Below are positions 38,886 to 49,332 of a DNA stretch of 64,000 nucleotides, one piece after another. Origin of the DNA: Planctomycetota bacterium (lineage in GTDB: Bacteria; Planctomycetota; B15-G4); assembly GCA_965248575.1 (NCBI GenBank), contig CBDFJQ010000002.1, positions 4,544,001-4,608,000 of the forward strand. Reading direction: 5' to 3'. The stretch's first letter is position 1. Every line of letters starts with the position of its first letter. The position numbers and the translations under genes are program-made. Below the pieces are notes generated by a model that did not search any database, was not told where the DNA came from, and saw only the letters and a list, made by a program, of their open reading frames with translations.

Positions 38886-40274
38886 ATGCCTTCACAGAAC
38901 TCCCTTTCTAACGCCTACACGGTGATTCATTCCTTCACGGGGCAGTCATCCCAGTTTTCAGACGGTGGCGACGAGCCGCATGGATCTCTTGTGGCCGATG
39001 GCAGCACGCTCTACGGCATGACGTACAAGGGCGGGGCAAACAACAAGGGCGTGATCTTCAAGCTGACTCCGCCGAGCGACCCTTCCGGCGGCGATCCGTA
39101 CACCTATGAGGCCATGTACTCGTTTGGGTCGGATCAACCTGCAAATTGCCCAGCGGACGGCTGCTTTCCGCGTCACGGTTCCATGACGCTTCACGCTGGG
39201 ACTTTGTATGGAGCCGCCATCTCCGGCGGTGTTCCGACGGTCAACTTTGCCGGCGGTGGAGGTGTTCTCTTCTCGGTCAGCACGACCAAGACGGGCGCTT
39301 CCTCAAACCCGTACGGCTACCAGGTCATCCACGCCTTCTCGGGAGCCACACAGAAACCGGAGTCTGCGGCGTCCAGCAGCAAGCCCGATGGTGATCAGCC
39401 ACACTCGGGGCCCTATCTGGCGCCGGATGGCAAGCTGTATGGAATGACGCAATTGGGCGGGGACGACGACGTGGGGACGGTCTATTCGATTGAAGCGGGC
39501 TCAAATACCAGCGGCTATGAGGTGGTGTTCTCGTTCAAGAGCGAGTCGGGCGCGACGGGCAACAAGACCGGCCCCGGCAACAAACCCCACGGCGCGCCTA
39601 TCGTCCTGGAGAACGGGTGCATCTACGGGATGACCCGCTCCGGTGGGGACCTTCAGTTGAGCTACCAGAGCGGAAGCGCGGGGGGCACGGCCTTGGGCGG
39701 CGGAACCGTGTTCGCCTACGACCCCAAGAGCGGTGAGGCGCAGCGCGATGTCTATGTCTTCAAGGATGACAAGCACTCGGGGGCTCAACCTCTGCACGGC
39801 AACATGATTGAGGTGGGCGGCTTGCTCTACGCCATGACCCACAACGGTGGCGAGCACTCCCACGCGAGCTCGGGTGCGGACCCAAGGTTGATCAAGGGCC
39901 ACGGCGTGGTGTTCTCGTACGACCCAACGGCCGATGCTTCAGCGAATGCTCATGAGCTCATCTACGCCTTCGGGTCTCAAGCGGGTGATGGGGAGCACCC
40001 CCTGGGCTCCCTCGTGGCCAGCATCGACGGGAAGACCCTCTACGGTCTCACCGGCCATGGCGGAAAGGGCAACGGTGGCACCGCTTTCAGTGTCGCGGCC
40101 AGTGGTGGTGAGACCAGCGAGGCGACGCTCTACGATTTCGCAACCAAGAGTGAGGGCGTGAACCCAGGAGATTCGGTGATCCTGGTGGATGGAATGCTGA
40201 TCGGGATGACACGGTCCGGCGGCGCTCACGGAAAGGGTGTTGTGTTCACCCTCGACCCCGAAAGCGGTGACTGA
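38886..40274 (+). CDS. Gloeo_Verruco (GloVer) repeat beta-propeller protein
   Basis: Seven DGxxPxGxL...LYGMTxxGG...GxVF repeats. Confidence 0.88.
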   Translation: MPSQNSLSNAYTVIHSFTGQSSQFSDGGDEPHGSLVADGSTLYGMTYKGGANNKGVIFKLTPPSDPSGGDPYTYEAMYSFGSDQPANCPADGCFPRHGSMTLHAGTLYGAAISGGVPTVNFAGGGGVLFSVSTTKTGASSNPYGYQVIHAFSGATQKPESAASSSKPDGDQPHSGPYLAPDGKLYGMTQLGGDDDVGTVYSIEAGSNTSGYEVVFSFKSESGATGNKTGPGNKPHGAPIVLENGCIYGMTRSGGDLQLSYQSGSAGGTALGGGTVFAYDPKSGEAQRDVYVFKDDKHSGAQPLHGNMIEVGGLLYAMTHNGGEHSHASSGADPRLIKGHGVVFSYDPTADASANAHELIYAFGSQAGDGEHPLGSLVASIDGKTLYGLTGHGGKGNGGTAFSVAASGGETSEATLYDFATKSEGVNPGDSVILVDGMLIGMTRSGGAHGKGVVFTLDPESGD

Positions 40275-40284
40275 TATTCCCTGC

Positions 40285-42594
40285 TCAGCGTAGGTAGCCC
40301 ATGGCACGCAGACGATCAAGCTCCTCGGGATCGAGAGTGCGCTCTGTGTCGCCTTCGCCGCTGGCCAGGTAGTTCAACAGGAGGCGCACGGTTTCTTCCC
40401 AGGCGCCCGGTGGGCCAGGGAAGATGTCGTGCTGTTGCTCAGGATCCACGGCCACGTCGTAGAGCTCCACCTGGAACAGCAGGAGAGGGTCATCCAATGA
40501 GAGCTGCGCGTCGGCGATCTCCCAATGAGTTGTCGGCGCGAGCGGTTCGATTGGCATGGTGGCGAGGCGCACAGTGGTTCCGGCTGCAACAGCGACGGGA
40601 GGAGTACGCACCTCGCTCGAAGCTGCGTCCGTGTGGGTGATGGCGAGCCGGCTTCCTGGGACGGGTCGCCAGCCTTCCGGGGTTTGTTCCTCGATCAAAA
40701 GTGCGAGCTGCCCTTCGCTGCCTGCGACGGTCGCCGTGGCGCAGACCAGGCCCTCGGCGGGTGTTTGCCAGCTGGGTGTTCGCAGGATGGGACGCTCGTA
40801 GTCCCCAGGTAGGATGCGCAGTGCTCCTGCCTCGTCCATCGCCTGGGTTGCGAAGGCCGCAGGAATGACCCACGCGTCTGAGCTGTGTCGCTGCACGGCG
40901 TTTTGGTCCAGTCGCTCGAGCCAACGACGTGCCAGGCTTGGGCTGGGGGCCGCAGCTCGGGGCATGGTCAGGATCCATGTCTGGCTCCCACGACGAACCG
41001 AGGCGAGCCAGTGCTGCTCTTCGATGCGATCGGCGAAGCGCACTAGGGGAGTCTGGGGTGCTTGATCGGAAGACAGGGGCGGAGTGTTCAGCGAGCGTCC
41101 GCGAGCGCCCTTCAAGGGCGGCATTCCCAAGATGTCCAAGATGGTGGGCGCCACGTCCACGAGGCTGACGTCTTCGGGAGTGAAGCCGACCGGTCGGCTC
41201 GTCGACGGCAGTGAGACCAGCAGCGGGACGCGCACCAACTCATCGTAGAGGCTCGCCCGGTGGCGCCAGCTCCCGTGATCCAGGAACTCCTCCCCGTGGT
41301 CTGCGGTAAAGAGGATCAGTGCCTGGTCGCGGAGGCCTCGGGCTTCGAGCCCCTCCAGGAGCCGACCGATGTGTTGATCCAGATAGGCGACCTCACCGGC
41401 GTAGTCTTCTCGCAAGGAGTCGAGGTTGTCTGGAGTGCACTCCGGTTCGTTCCATGCGATGGGAACAGGGTGTGGCAAGTAGGGGTCGTGCGGGTCGAAG
41501 TAGTGGACGTAGAGGAAGAAGCCCGCGGACCCGAGATCATCGATGAGCGCGAGCGCATCATCCGTCACCTCGTCGGCGGCAACATAGCCGGAGCGGCGCG
41601 CGTACCAACCCGACGCCCCCAGCAGGGGCAGGATGGGCTTTCGCTTGGCATTGGGGCCGCTGATCCAACCCTGCTTTTGGGCCCAGCGATTGAAGCGCAT
41701 CACCCAGAAGAGGCTGGCCTGCGCCTCGTGAGTGTCCCGCCGAATCACGTCGAAGCCTCGCGCAAACCCTCGGCTCGGGTCGAGAATGGGATTCGAGATG
41801 ACGGCTGCCGTGCGATAGCCCTGACCCTTGAGTTGCTCGGTGAGGACTGGAATGTCATCCGTCAGGACTCCGGCGGACGTGCGCACCCCGTGCAGGGCTG
41901 GCTCCCTCCCTGTCCACAGGGATGCCATGGCCGGCAGAGTCCAGGAGGAGGTCGACATGTTGTCGCTCACGATCCAACCTTGGGCGCCAATGCTGTCGAT
42001 ATGCGGCGTGGGTTGTTCGGCGCCGTACGCGGACAAGGCATCTGCCCGAAGCGCATCCGCCACGATGAGGATGACTGGCGTCCCCTCTGCGGCGTCCCCA
42101 TAGGTTTCGCTCGGCCGCAGAATCAAAGCGCACGCAACCCAAGCGAACACAAGCACACTGAGGCCAACGCACCCGCAGCGCAGGCCGCCACCCGGACAGC
42201 GAGCCAGGGCCCATGCACCGCCCACGGCGCAGCCCACGCCCACCGCGGCCGCGGCAAGCGCTCCCCCGTCGCCGAGCCAGTAGGCGAGGGCGCCCAACGC
42301 TCCCAAGCCCAACCCTCCTCCGACGGTGGCGCGTTTCGGCGCGAAGGATGTTCGAGCCAGAGGCGCTGTCAGAATCAGGCCCAGGACAGTGCACGCAAGC
42401 GCGGGCAGGCACCACGTGGCGACCGCATACGCGAGCACCCAGGGCACTCGATGGGTGACGCCCGCTGACGTCGTGTCCCACACGCCCTCGGCCAGTCCGA
42501 TGAGACCCACCCCGGCGCCGACAGTGAAGAGCACACCCACGTCGGAGGGTCGCCGTGCGTGCTGCTGGGGTTGCGCCCTCGCTGTCATGCCCAT
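40285..42594 (-). CDS. Membrane-anchored sulfatase-like hydrolase/transferase (Thr-type)
   Basis: N-terminal TM bundle; IVADALRAD, SSWTLPAMASLWTG, HYFDPHDPY, FTADHGEEF; C-terminal LRAMGYL; start uncertain. Confidence 0.88.
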   Translation of the reverse strand: MGMTARAQPQQHARRPSDVGVLFTVGAGVGLIGLAEGVWDTTSAGVTHRVPWVLAYAVATWCLPALACTVLGLILTAPLARTSFAPKRATVGGGLGLGALGALAYWLGDGGALAAAAVGVGCAVGGAWALARCPGGGLRCGCVGLSVLVFAWVACALILRPSETYGDAAEGTPVILIVADALRADALSAYGAEQPTPHIDSIGAQGWIVSDNMSTSSWTLPAMASLWTGREPALHGVRTSAGVLTDDIPVLTEQLKGQGYRTAAVISNPILDPSRGFARGFDVIRRDTHEAQASLFWVMRFNRWAQKQGWISGPNAKRKPILPLLGASGWYARRSGYVAADEVTDDALALIDDLGSAGFFLYVHYFDPHDPYLPHPVPIAWNEPECTPDNLDSLREDYAGEVAYLDQHIGRLLEGLEARGLRDQALILFTADHGEEFLDHGSWRHRASLYDELVRVPLLVSLPSTSRPVGFTPEDVSLVDVAPTILDILGMPPLKGARGRSLNTPPLSSDQAPQTPLVRFADRIEEQHWLASVRRGSQTWILTMPRAAAPSPSLARRWLERLDQNAVQRHSSDAWVIPAAFATQAMDEAGALRILPGDYERPILRTPSWQTPAEGLVCATATVAGSEGQLALLIEEQTPEGWRPVPGSRLAITHTDAASSEVRTPPVAVAAGTTVRLATMPIEPLAPTTHWEIADAQLSLDDPLLLFQVELYDVAVDPEQQHDIFPGPPGAWEETVRLLLNYLASGEGDTERTLDPEELDRLRAMGYLR

Positions 42595-42750
42595 CACTCC
42601 GTGTGCCATCCTCCTCGGGAATGGCGAGGCTCCTTGCGGCGCCGGCCGCATCGAAGCGGCGCCGGACGCGCGGATCGCCTACGATCCGGACTATCGCACG
42701 AACGGTCTCCAATCGGTCGGTTGGCGTAGGATGCATTCTGGAGATTCGAC

Positions 42751-43290
42751 ATGCGAAGAACAGTTCTCGTCGCGGCGTTCGCGTTGCTCCTCGTCAACTG
42801 TGGGGGGGCGGAGCAGGCGACACGAGCCGACACCGACCATCCAACGACCTATGCCAAGGATGGGCTGACGTTTCAGGTGCCGGGGAACTGGAGCGTCACC
42901 GAGGATGAAGACTTCCCCACGCATCGCTTCGTGTTGGTCGAGGAACCGGGAAACGCGCTCGTCGTCATGCAGCTCTTCCCGTTCCACCAGCCTGCAGACA
43001 TCGCCGCCTTGGCACGGGACTTCGCGGCCTCGACGGCCATTGCGTCCAAACCCTGGCCCCAAGAATCGACCTTCGGAACGCCGGGCACGGCCGGCGGGTA
43101 CGAGACTCTCCGAGAGGCGTTCACCCTCAGGGTGCTCGCATCTACAGTCCCGCACACGCGCGACTATCGTCTCAAGGCCTATGGCGACCGGATGTGCTTC
43201 ATCGTGGCACAGGTGGCGGACGAAGACCGAGCGAACGTCAAGTCAGGCTTTGAGCAGATTGCCAGGTCGATGGACTATCGCGAGCCCTAG
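42751..43290 (+). CDS. Hypothetical lipoprotein (PsbP/DUF1795-like fold possible)
   Basis: GGAG RBS, LLVNC lipobox, GLTFQVPGNW, FEQIARSM. Confidence 0.7.
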   Translation: MRRTVLVAAFALLLVNCGGAEQATRADTDHPTTYAKDGLTFQVPGNWSVTEDEDFPTHRFVLVEEPGNALVVMQLFPFHQPADIAALARDFAASTAIASKPWPQESTFGTPGTAGGYETLREAFTLRVLASTVPHTRDYRLKAYGDRMCFIVAQVADEDRANVKSGFEQIARSMDYREP

Positions 43291-43799
43291 TCGGTTCCCT
43301 GTGAGTTCGGACTCAGTTCCAAGACACCTACCTGATGTGTTGGGGCCGCCTCCCCGTGCGATCTTCCGCGCCGCTGTTCGTCCGGTGTCCAACGCAGCTG
43401 CGGCGGGAGCGGCGGCTGGGCGGCTCTCGAGATTCGCAGCGCGTCGTTCTTGGGCCTGGACCAGCGCATGTCAGCCGCTCACGCGGCCAACTCCGTTTTC
43501 ACGAGGGGCTTGATGCACTTCCACCTGGATCGGGAGAGGCGTCTTCTTGAGCAGCCTGCTTCCCGGCGACGGCCCTCTGCTCGTAGGCCTGCGCAACCGC
43601 GTTTCAGTGCGCGTGTTTCAGAACATTGCGACCAACAACCCACCGACCAAACATCCTCGGACCGTCGGCAAGCCCGTTGGCACCAATCCTGCGTACGTAG
43701 GGATCGGAATCCAGAGCGGCCTCTTCGGCTGCAAGCCCCGCCCGACCGCAAGGTCGAACGGGGCTCGCAGCACGCGGGGCGACGCATGGTCACGCCGCA

Positions 43800-45581
43800 C
43801 TAGAACGAGTGGCTGATCGAACTCACAGGAAGGTGCAGAGCCCCTGGCACATACGGCGTGCTGCCGATCAGGGCGAAGGGCAGGTGCTTGCCTGCGCACT
43901 CGGCCTTTTTGATCGCGGACACCTGGGTCGCTGTGATCGCGCGATGATAGAGCGTGACTTCGTCGAGCCCACCCTCCAGACCCGATGTGTCGAGCGGGTT
44001 GCCGCGGCCGATGGAGAGTCCCATCCCGGACGAAAGTGATCCGATCACACCAGAATTGTCGTTCGTGGCGACGAGGCTCCCATCGACGTAGATCTTCGTG
44101 TCCACACCACGCGTGACGACCATGGCCACGTGGTGCCACAGACCATCCTGGATGTTCGTCGTCGAGGTCGTCATGTGGGCCGTCGAGCCGTCGTACATCT
44201 CGAGGCCAGGCTGTCCGGCGTCCAGGAACAGACGGTAGCCGACACCCACAAGCGAGCGCTTGTCGAGGAAGGTCTCGGTGCTCGCCGAGGGAGCCGTCAC
44301 GCGGATCCATGCCTCCAATGAGAAGTCATTCAAACCCACCTCGAGAGCGGCATTCGGTGGCACATCGACGCCCGAAAGGCCGCCGTCGAACTTCAGGGCG
44401 CAGCGGACGACACCCTCACTAGCGGTGAGATTCGGTCCCTCCCAGCTGCCGTGGACACCCGTCATGATGTCTTTGGAGATGGGGGTGCTCGCTGTCCCGT
44501 CCTCATCCAGCTTCCACCAGCCCACGGCGTCGTCGGGCCGTGGCGTGGAGTTCTTCTTGGAAGAGAGCGTTTGTACCTCGCCGTCCGCCCGATCGGTCAC
44601 ATAGGTGCGCCTCTCGCACTGGACCTTCTTCTCGCCGTCGATCGATCCGATGACTCGCCACGTGCGTTGCAGCTCCAGGCCACCCAGCATGGGAACGCTC
44701 GGCGCCGAAACAGGCACCGATTGGCTCGAGTAGAAGTCGGCGCTGTAGGACGGCGCGGTCACATCGTTCCAGGTGAGCGTGGTGACGTCAGGGTCGAGCG
44801 TAAGGCTGTAGCGGGTCTGGAACAGGTCCCGAGCATCGATGCCCGCGAGTTCGTCCGCAGCCATGGGGAACTCCGGCGTTGAGCTCCCGTACTCATACGT
44901 TTGGATCTTGTCGTCGTCTGACGGAGCGATGGCCCGAACAGCCAGGTGCACACGGCGCATGTGATCGACGCTCACGTCGAACGGGCGATAGTCGGTCTCG
45001 TACTCATTCACGGGAAAGGCCCACTCGCCGGCGCGGACGTCGGCACCTACGAACTCAAAGACGCGTCCGTAGGACTCGTCGACCACGAACACATTGCCTT
45101 CGGGGCCGACAGCAATGCCCGTCGGCCAGAAGAAGGGTTCCAGCGGGTTGCCCCGGAAGGTCTGTTGGAGGTTTCCCCACTTGTCAAACACCTGCACGCT
45201 GGAATTGCCGCCCAAGCTGGTGCCCGTGGCATAGACGAACTCCTGTTCCTCGTGGCCGGGGATGTCGTTCACCGCAATGCCGAACGGACCGTCGGTGAAC
45301 ATGGTCCACTCGGACGGCAGGACCGCAGAGCCGGTGGGGGTCATGACCCAGCGGATGATCTTGTGGCTGACGTCGTCGGCCACATAGGCCCAGGACACCG
45401 GCGTGTGGCACCAACCCATGACGGCCACATCGACGGGGTCCATGAGCAGGCTCCCTCCGAAGGGCGCCTTCGGACCGAGGCCCGCAGGGAACACCTTTGC
45501 GGAGACGAGCTGCGCCGAGGTCGGCAGCCCGAGCAAGAGCGTGGCGAGCAGGGTGAGAGAAAGCTGACGCAGGGTGTTCAT
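43800..45581 (-). CDS. Secreted NHL-repeat + LamG-domain protein
   Basis: Signal peptide; FFWPTGIAVGPEGNVFVVD; GWWKLDE, FSLEAWI, DGLWHHVAM, IYVDG, GGLDEVTLY. Confidence 0.88.
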   Translation of the reverse strand: MNTLRQLSLTLLATLLLGLPTSAQLVSAKVFPAGLGPKAPFGGSLLMDPVDVAVMGWCHTPVSWAYVADDVSHKIIRWVMTPTGSAVLPSEWTMFTDGPFGIAVNDIPGHEEQEFVYATGTSLGGNSSVQVFDKWGNLQQTFRGNPLEPFFWPTGIAVGPEGNVFVVDESYGRVFEFVGADVRAGEWAFPVNEYETDYRPFDVSVDHMRRVHLAVRAIAPSDDDKIQTYEYGSSTPEFPMAADELAGIDARDLFQTRYSLTLDPDVTTLTWNDVTAPSYSADFYSSQSVPVSAPSVPMLGGLELQRTWRVIGSIDGEKKVQCERRTYVTDRADGEVQTLSSKKNSTPRPDDAVGWWKLDEDGTASTPISKDIMTGVHGSWEGPNLTASEGVVRCALKFDGGLSGVDVPPNAALEVGLNDFSLEAWIRVTAPSASTETFLDKRSLVGVGYRLFLDAGQPGLEMYDGSTAHMTTSTTNIQDGLWHHVAMVVTRGVDTKIYVDGSLVATNDNSGVIGSLSSGMGLSIGRGNPLDTSGLEGGLDEVTLYHRAITATQVSAIKKAECAGKHLPFALIGSTPYVPGALHLPVSSISHSF

Positions 45582-45803
45582 GGCGGCCGTCCTTTCGGTC
45601 TTTCGGGTTCGTGGCGGCGAAGCCTGCGGCTCGCTCTGCCAACTCTCCCGTGGCCGATGGCCGCTTGCGGTGGACACAAAAATGAAAAGAGGGCAGCCAT
45701 GAGCTGCACCAGGGTCTCACTGCCTACCGCGGCGAGGAGGGGAACGACAGCCCACGGATCGCCTCCGTATGCCCTCGTACCCCGGCCGTGGCCGCTCAGG
45801 CGA

Positions 45804-47798
45804 TCAGTTCTCGCAGAACACCACCTCGAGCCCATTCGAGAGCGCGAGGTCGAAAGGCTGGGTGTCGTCGAAGGACGCGTACTGCATGAGCAGGGTGAAG
45901 CCCACGAGCAGCGGATCGTTGGGGAGCGTCGTCGAAAGAGACAGTGCGCCGCTCCCATCGAGCCCGAAGTTCAGGAGGATCGCGCCAGGCGACGGATCCA
46001 CGAGCAACCGCCCGCCCGCAAACGGCAGATCGAGCTTCACCTGGCTGCCCATGAGCAGGCCTGGCTTGTTCGGCGTGCCACCCGTGACGTTCACCGTCAG
46101 CGGGGCGCCAAGCACGGGCTCCACGTCGAGCGCCAAGAGGAGGCCGGGGAGCGGGCCAGCGACGCCGTAGGACTCGACGCCACACAGGCGCACGGTCTCG
46201 GTCGTCGATGTGCCGATGTTGCCCATCGGGTCGGTCGAGACGACGTGGTAGCTCACGTCCATGCCGACGAGCCCGTCGGTCGACGGCGCGGGGTCCACAA
46301 CGCCGCGCCACAGCGCCCCGCCCACATAGTCCATCGAGGTCGTCGAGCCGCCGACTTCGCCGCTCTTGAGCGTGTCGACCACGAGGTCGGCCGTCAGGTA
46401 GACGGTTTCGTCGTCCACGAGCGCGTCCTCGATCCAGGCCCGACGCGCCCAGCCGCCGGCCAGCTGCGAGAGCGCCAGTGTCTGGGGCGCCAGCGCGAGC
46501 TGCTTGATCACGGGCGCGCGGCTGTCCGCCGGCCCTGTGTTGCGGTGGTACACGTTGGCGAACGGCAGGAACTCTCCCTGCACGCTCACGATGTCGTAGT
46601 CGCCGTCCCCGTCGAAGTCGCCGAGCCCGAGGTCGAGCGTCGCGTCCGGCGCGACGTCGAAGGCGCCGGAGACATAGCTGAACCAGTTGGCCCCCACCAC
46701 GCCGGTGTTCAGGAGCAGCTTCTCGGGTTGGGGTGGCCCGCCCGTCGAGAACTGGAGCGCGCCCACGAGCAGGTCCAGGTCTCCGTCGTCGTCGGCGTCC
46801 AGGTAGGCGAAGTCGTTCTCGTCCTCATTGTTCGGCCCGTCGAAGTAGGTGGGCTGGTTCGTGAAGGCGAGCGTGCCGCCCGGCACGAGATCGTTGTGCA
46901 GGAAGGTGTTGCTGAAGGGCGTCTGCCAGTTCATGAGGAAGGCGTCGAAGTCGCTGTCGCCGTCGAGGTCGGCGAACTCGGTCTCATAGGTGTCGCCCCC
47001 GGGCGCTGTCGGGAAGATGGTCCCGTCCAGCGTGAACTGCGCCGTCCCGTCATTGATGTAGGCCTGGGTGACCGGCGACTTGCCGTCCACCACGAGATCC
47101 AGGTCGAGGTCCTGGTCGAGATCCACCAGCTTCACGTTCTGCGCGCCGATTTTCGGCACGGCACCGAGCCGCGTGGGCTCGTCGGTGAAGAAGCCGGTCC
47201 CGTCGTTCAACAGCAGGCGTGCGAGGCCGCCGGGTGGGCCGAAGGTCGGGAAGCCCGCGTCGGCGAACACGAGGTCGAGGTCTCCATCGTCGTCCAGGTC
47301 TCCCGCAACGACCGAGAACCCGTTGAACACGAACGGCGACGGGAGCCGGTTTGATTCGTCGACCCACGCGCCAGTCATCGGGTCCTTGCGCAACAGGCGT
47401 TGGGGGGCCTCGAAGGCCACCGCGATGGCGATGTCATCGTGACCATCGTCGTCCAGGTCGGCCACGGCCGCCGACTTGGCGTGCATGACGAGCCCGGCCG
47501 GGAAGAACGTCGCGGTCGCGTCCACGAAGATGGGGTCACCGCCCACACCCGCACCCGTGTTGCGGAGCAGCGTCGGCAGCAGCGGCTGTTCGTTCGGGGC
47601 CTGGAAGTCGCCGGGCTTCTCCCAGCCCTGGGCGTTCAGGATCAGCACGTCGAGCAGCCCGTCACCGTCCGCATCGAGCGGGATGGCTGCCTCGCTCCAG
47701 ACTGCGGGATCCGCGGGGATGGCCGAGGAAACGAACTGCTGACTGGCGACGGGGGTGGCCAGGGCCGCGACCAGGGTCGCGCACACGAGGAGGCGCAT
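45804..47798 (-). CDS. Secreted FG-GAP/VCBS repeat protein with conserved C-terminal domain
   Basis: Signal peptide; DxDxDGDxD repeats; C-terminal GGRLLVDP...MQYASFD...LSNGL. Confidence 0.9.
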   Translation of the reverse strand: MRLLVCATLVAALATPVASQQFVSSAIPADPAVWSEAAIPLDADGDGLLDVLILNAQGWEKPGDFQAPNEQPLLPTLLRNTGAGVGGDPIFVDATATFFPAGLVMHAKSAAVADLDDDGHDDIAIAVAFEAPQRLLRKDPMTGAWVDESNRLPSPFVFNGFSVVAGDLDDDGDLDLVFADAGFPTFGPPGGLARLLLNDGTGFFTDEPTRLGAVPKIGAQNVKLVDLDQDLDLDLVVDGKSPVTQAYINDGTAQFTLDGTIFPTAPGGDTYETEFADLDGDSDFDAFLMNWQTPFSNTFLHNDLVPGGTLAFTNQPTYFDGPNNEDENDFAYLDADDDGDLDLLVGALQFSTGGPPQPEKLLLNTGVVGANWFSYVSGAFDVAPDATLDLGLGDFDGDGDYDIVSVQGEFLPFANVYHRNTGPADSRAPVIKQLALAPQTLALSQLAGGWARRAWIEDALVDDETVYLTADLVVDTLKSGEVGGSTTSMDYVGGALWRGVVDPAPSTDGLVGMDVSYHVVSTDPMGNIGTSTTETVRLCGVESYGVAGPLPGLLLALDVEPVLGAPLTVNVTGGTPNKPGLLMGSQVKLDLPFAGGRLLVDPSPGAILLNFGLDGSGALSLSTTLPNDPLLVGFTLLMQYASFDDTQPFDLALSNGLEVVFCEN

Positions 47799-47827
47799 GG
47801 GGAACTCGGGGGGGGCGGAGCGGCGGT

Positions 47828-47860
47828 CCGGACCGGGGGAGAGCCCGGACCGGGGGAGAG
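47828..47860 (+). repeat. 16-bp direct repeat x2 within a G-run-rich divergent intergenic region
   Basis: ccggaccgggggagag at 47828-47843 and 47845-47860. Confidence 0.8.
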
Positions 47861-48072
47861 GAGGGGGAGGGAAGCCTATCTTGAAGCTGCAATCCCGGGG
47901 GCCGCTGAATCCGAACGCGCCCGTCGGAGTTGGCGGTGGGGGTATTCCGGACAAGGGAGTCTGGCGACGGGGTTTTCGTGTCACGCATCCCGCAGCGGCG
48001 GCACTCTTCTCTAGACGCCCGGAACGACTCCCACCTCCGTGGGGCGGTCGCTGCCACCCCTGGAGACCTCCG

Positions 48073-49224
48073 ATGTTCATCGATCAGCCCCTTGTGAGCC
48101 GTTCCCTGGCTGCCTGCGCGCTCGTGCTGGTCCTGCTACTGGGCTGCCTCGGCCCGCTGGCGAACGCTTCTTTGCCGGTCCGCGCCGACGAGGTACCAAC
48201 CCGTGAGGCGGCCCAGAAGCTGCTGGAGCGAGAGCGCTTCGAGCAGGCGATCGAGGCCTTCCAGAGGATCGCGGAGGCAGAACCGGAGAGCGCTCTGGGC
48301 TGGTTCGACCTGGCTTCGGCCCATCACGTGGCAGGCCACTACGAACAGGCCGTGCAGATCGGTCGGCATGCTGCGGAGTTCCCAGAGCACCGGGCCACCA
48401 GCCTCTACAACGTCGCTTGTGCCTCGGCGCTGTTGGGCCGTCAGGATGATGCTGAGGCGGCGCTGAACGAGGCACTGGAAGCAGGCTTCTGCAACTACGA
48501 CCTGATTGCTGTGGACACGGACCTGGAGCTCCTGCGCAGTGCGGGCAAGTTGCGCATGCCAGCGGACCATGAGTACGCGACGCTGCGACACGGCGGGGTG
48601 GTCGTGCCGTACGTCGTGTTGCTGCCGGAGGGCTACGACGAGCAGAAGACCTACCCGGCCGCAGTCGCCTTTGCGCCGGGCGGCATGGGCATGAAGTCCA
48701 CGGACTGGACGCTCGACACGATCTGGGCGCAGCCAGCGGATCGTGCGGGTTGGATCATCGTGTGCGCGGCCCAGCCCAGCAATGGCTGGATCAACCACCC
48801 ATCACACCACGCACTGAACGCGCTCATGACCGACATAGCCAAGAAGCACAATATCGAAGAGGACCGCTTCCAGTTCATCGGTCTGGGTGAAGGCGGCCGG
48901 CCCGCGGCGACCTACGCCTCCATGTCGCGCAAGTTCGTGCGAGGCCTCACGCTGGTGGACAGCTCCGGCTACGGCCGCTGGCACGATGAGGACGTCGCGG
49001 ACGTGGCCAGCGAGGAACGGCCCGTGACGCTCTTCGTCGGGGGGGCGTCGGGCGCCCTGCGGGAGGAGGCTCAGCGTGTGGAAACATTGATGAGGGGAGC
49101 TGGCGGCGAGGTGAACTTGGTGGTGCTGGACGGTCACGAACCGGCCTTGCTGCGACTCGATGCGAAGCGGCTGCTGGCGACGACGCCTGCCGGGACACCT
49201 GGTACGGAAGACCGGGGGCACTGA
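48073..49224 (+). CDS. Secreted TPR + alpha/beta-hydrolase-like protein
   Basis: GGAG RBS; signal peptide; TPRs with YNVAC; YVVLLPEGYDEQKTYP, IEEDRFQFIGLGEGG. Confidence 0.75.
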   Translation: MFIDQPLVSRSLAACALVLVLLLGCLGPLANASLPVRADEVPTREAAQKLLERERFEQAIEAFQRIAEAEPESALGWFDLASAHHVAGHYEQAVQIGRHAAEFPEHRATSLYNVACASALLGRQDDAEAALNEALEAGFCNYDLIAVDTDLELLRSAGKLRMPADHEYATLRHGGVVVPYVVLLPEGYDEQKTYPAAVAFAPGGMGMKSTDWTLDTIWAQPADRAGWIIVCAAQPSNGWINHPSHHALNALMTDIAKKHNIEEDRFQFIGLGEGGRPAATYASMSRKFVRGLTLVDSSGYGRWHDEDVADVASEERPVTLFVGGASGALREEAQRVETLMRGAGGEVNLVVLDGHEPALLRLDAKRLLATTPAGTPGTEDRGH

Positions 49225-49332
49225 AGCGCTGAGCCCACCCGCCTGCGCCGCAAGCCAGAGCAGCCCACGAACACCCGAAGGTGTCCGTGGGCTGCTTCCG
49301 GCGAACGAGCGCCGACGGGCGCCGCGTCCCGA

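Noticed and set aside
43450..43816. Short ORFs with a faint VGTNPxxVxI FG-GAP-like flavour
   Set aside because: Too weak to call even as a remnant
44946..47354. 802-aa plus-strand ORF
   Set aside because: Antisense to two well-supported minus-strand genes; typical high-GC shadow ORF
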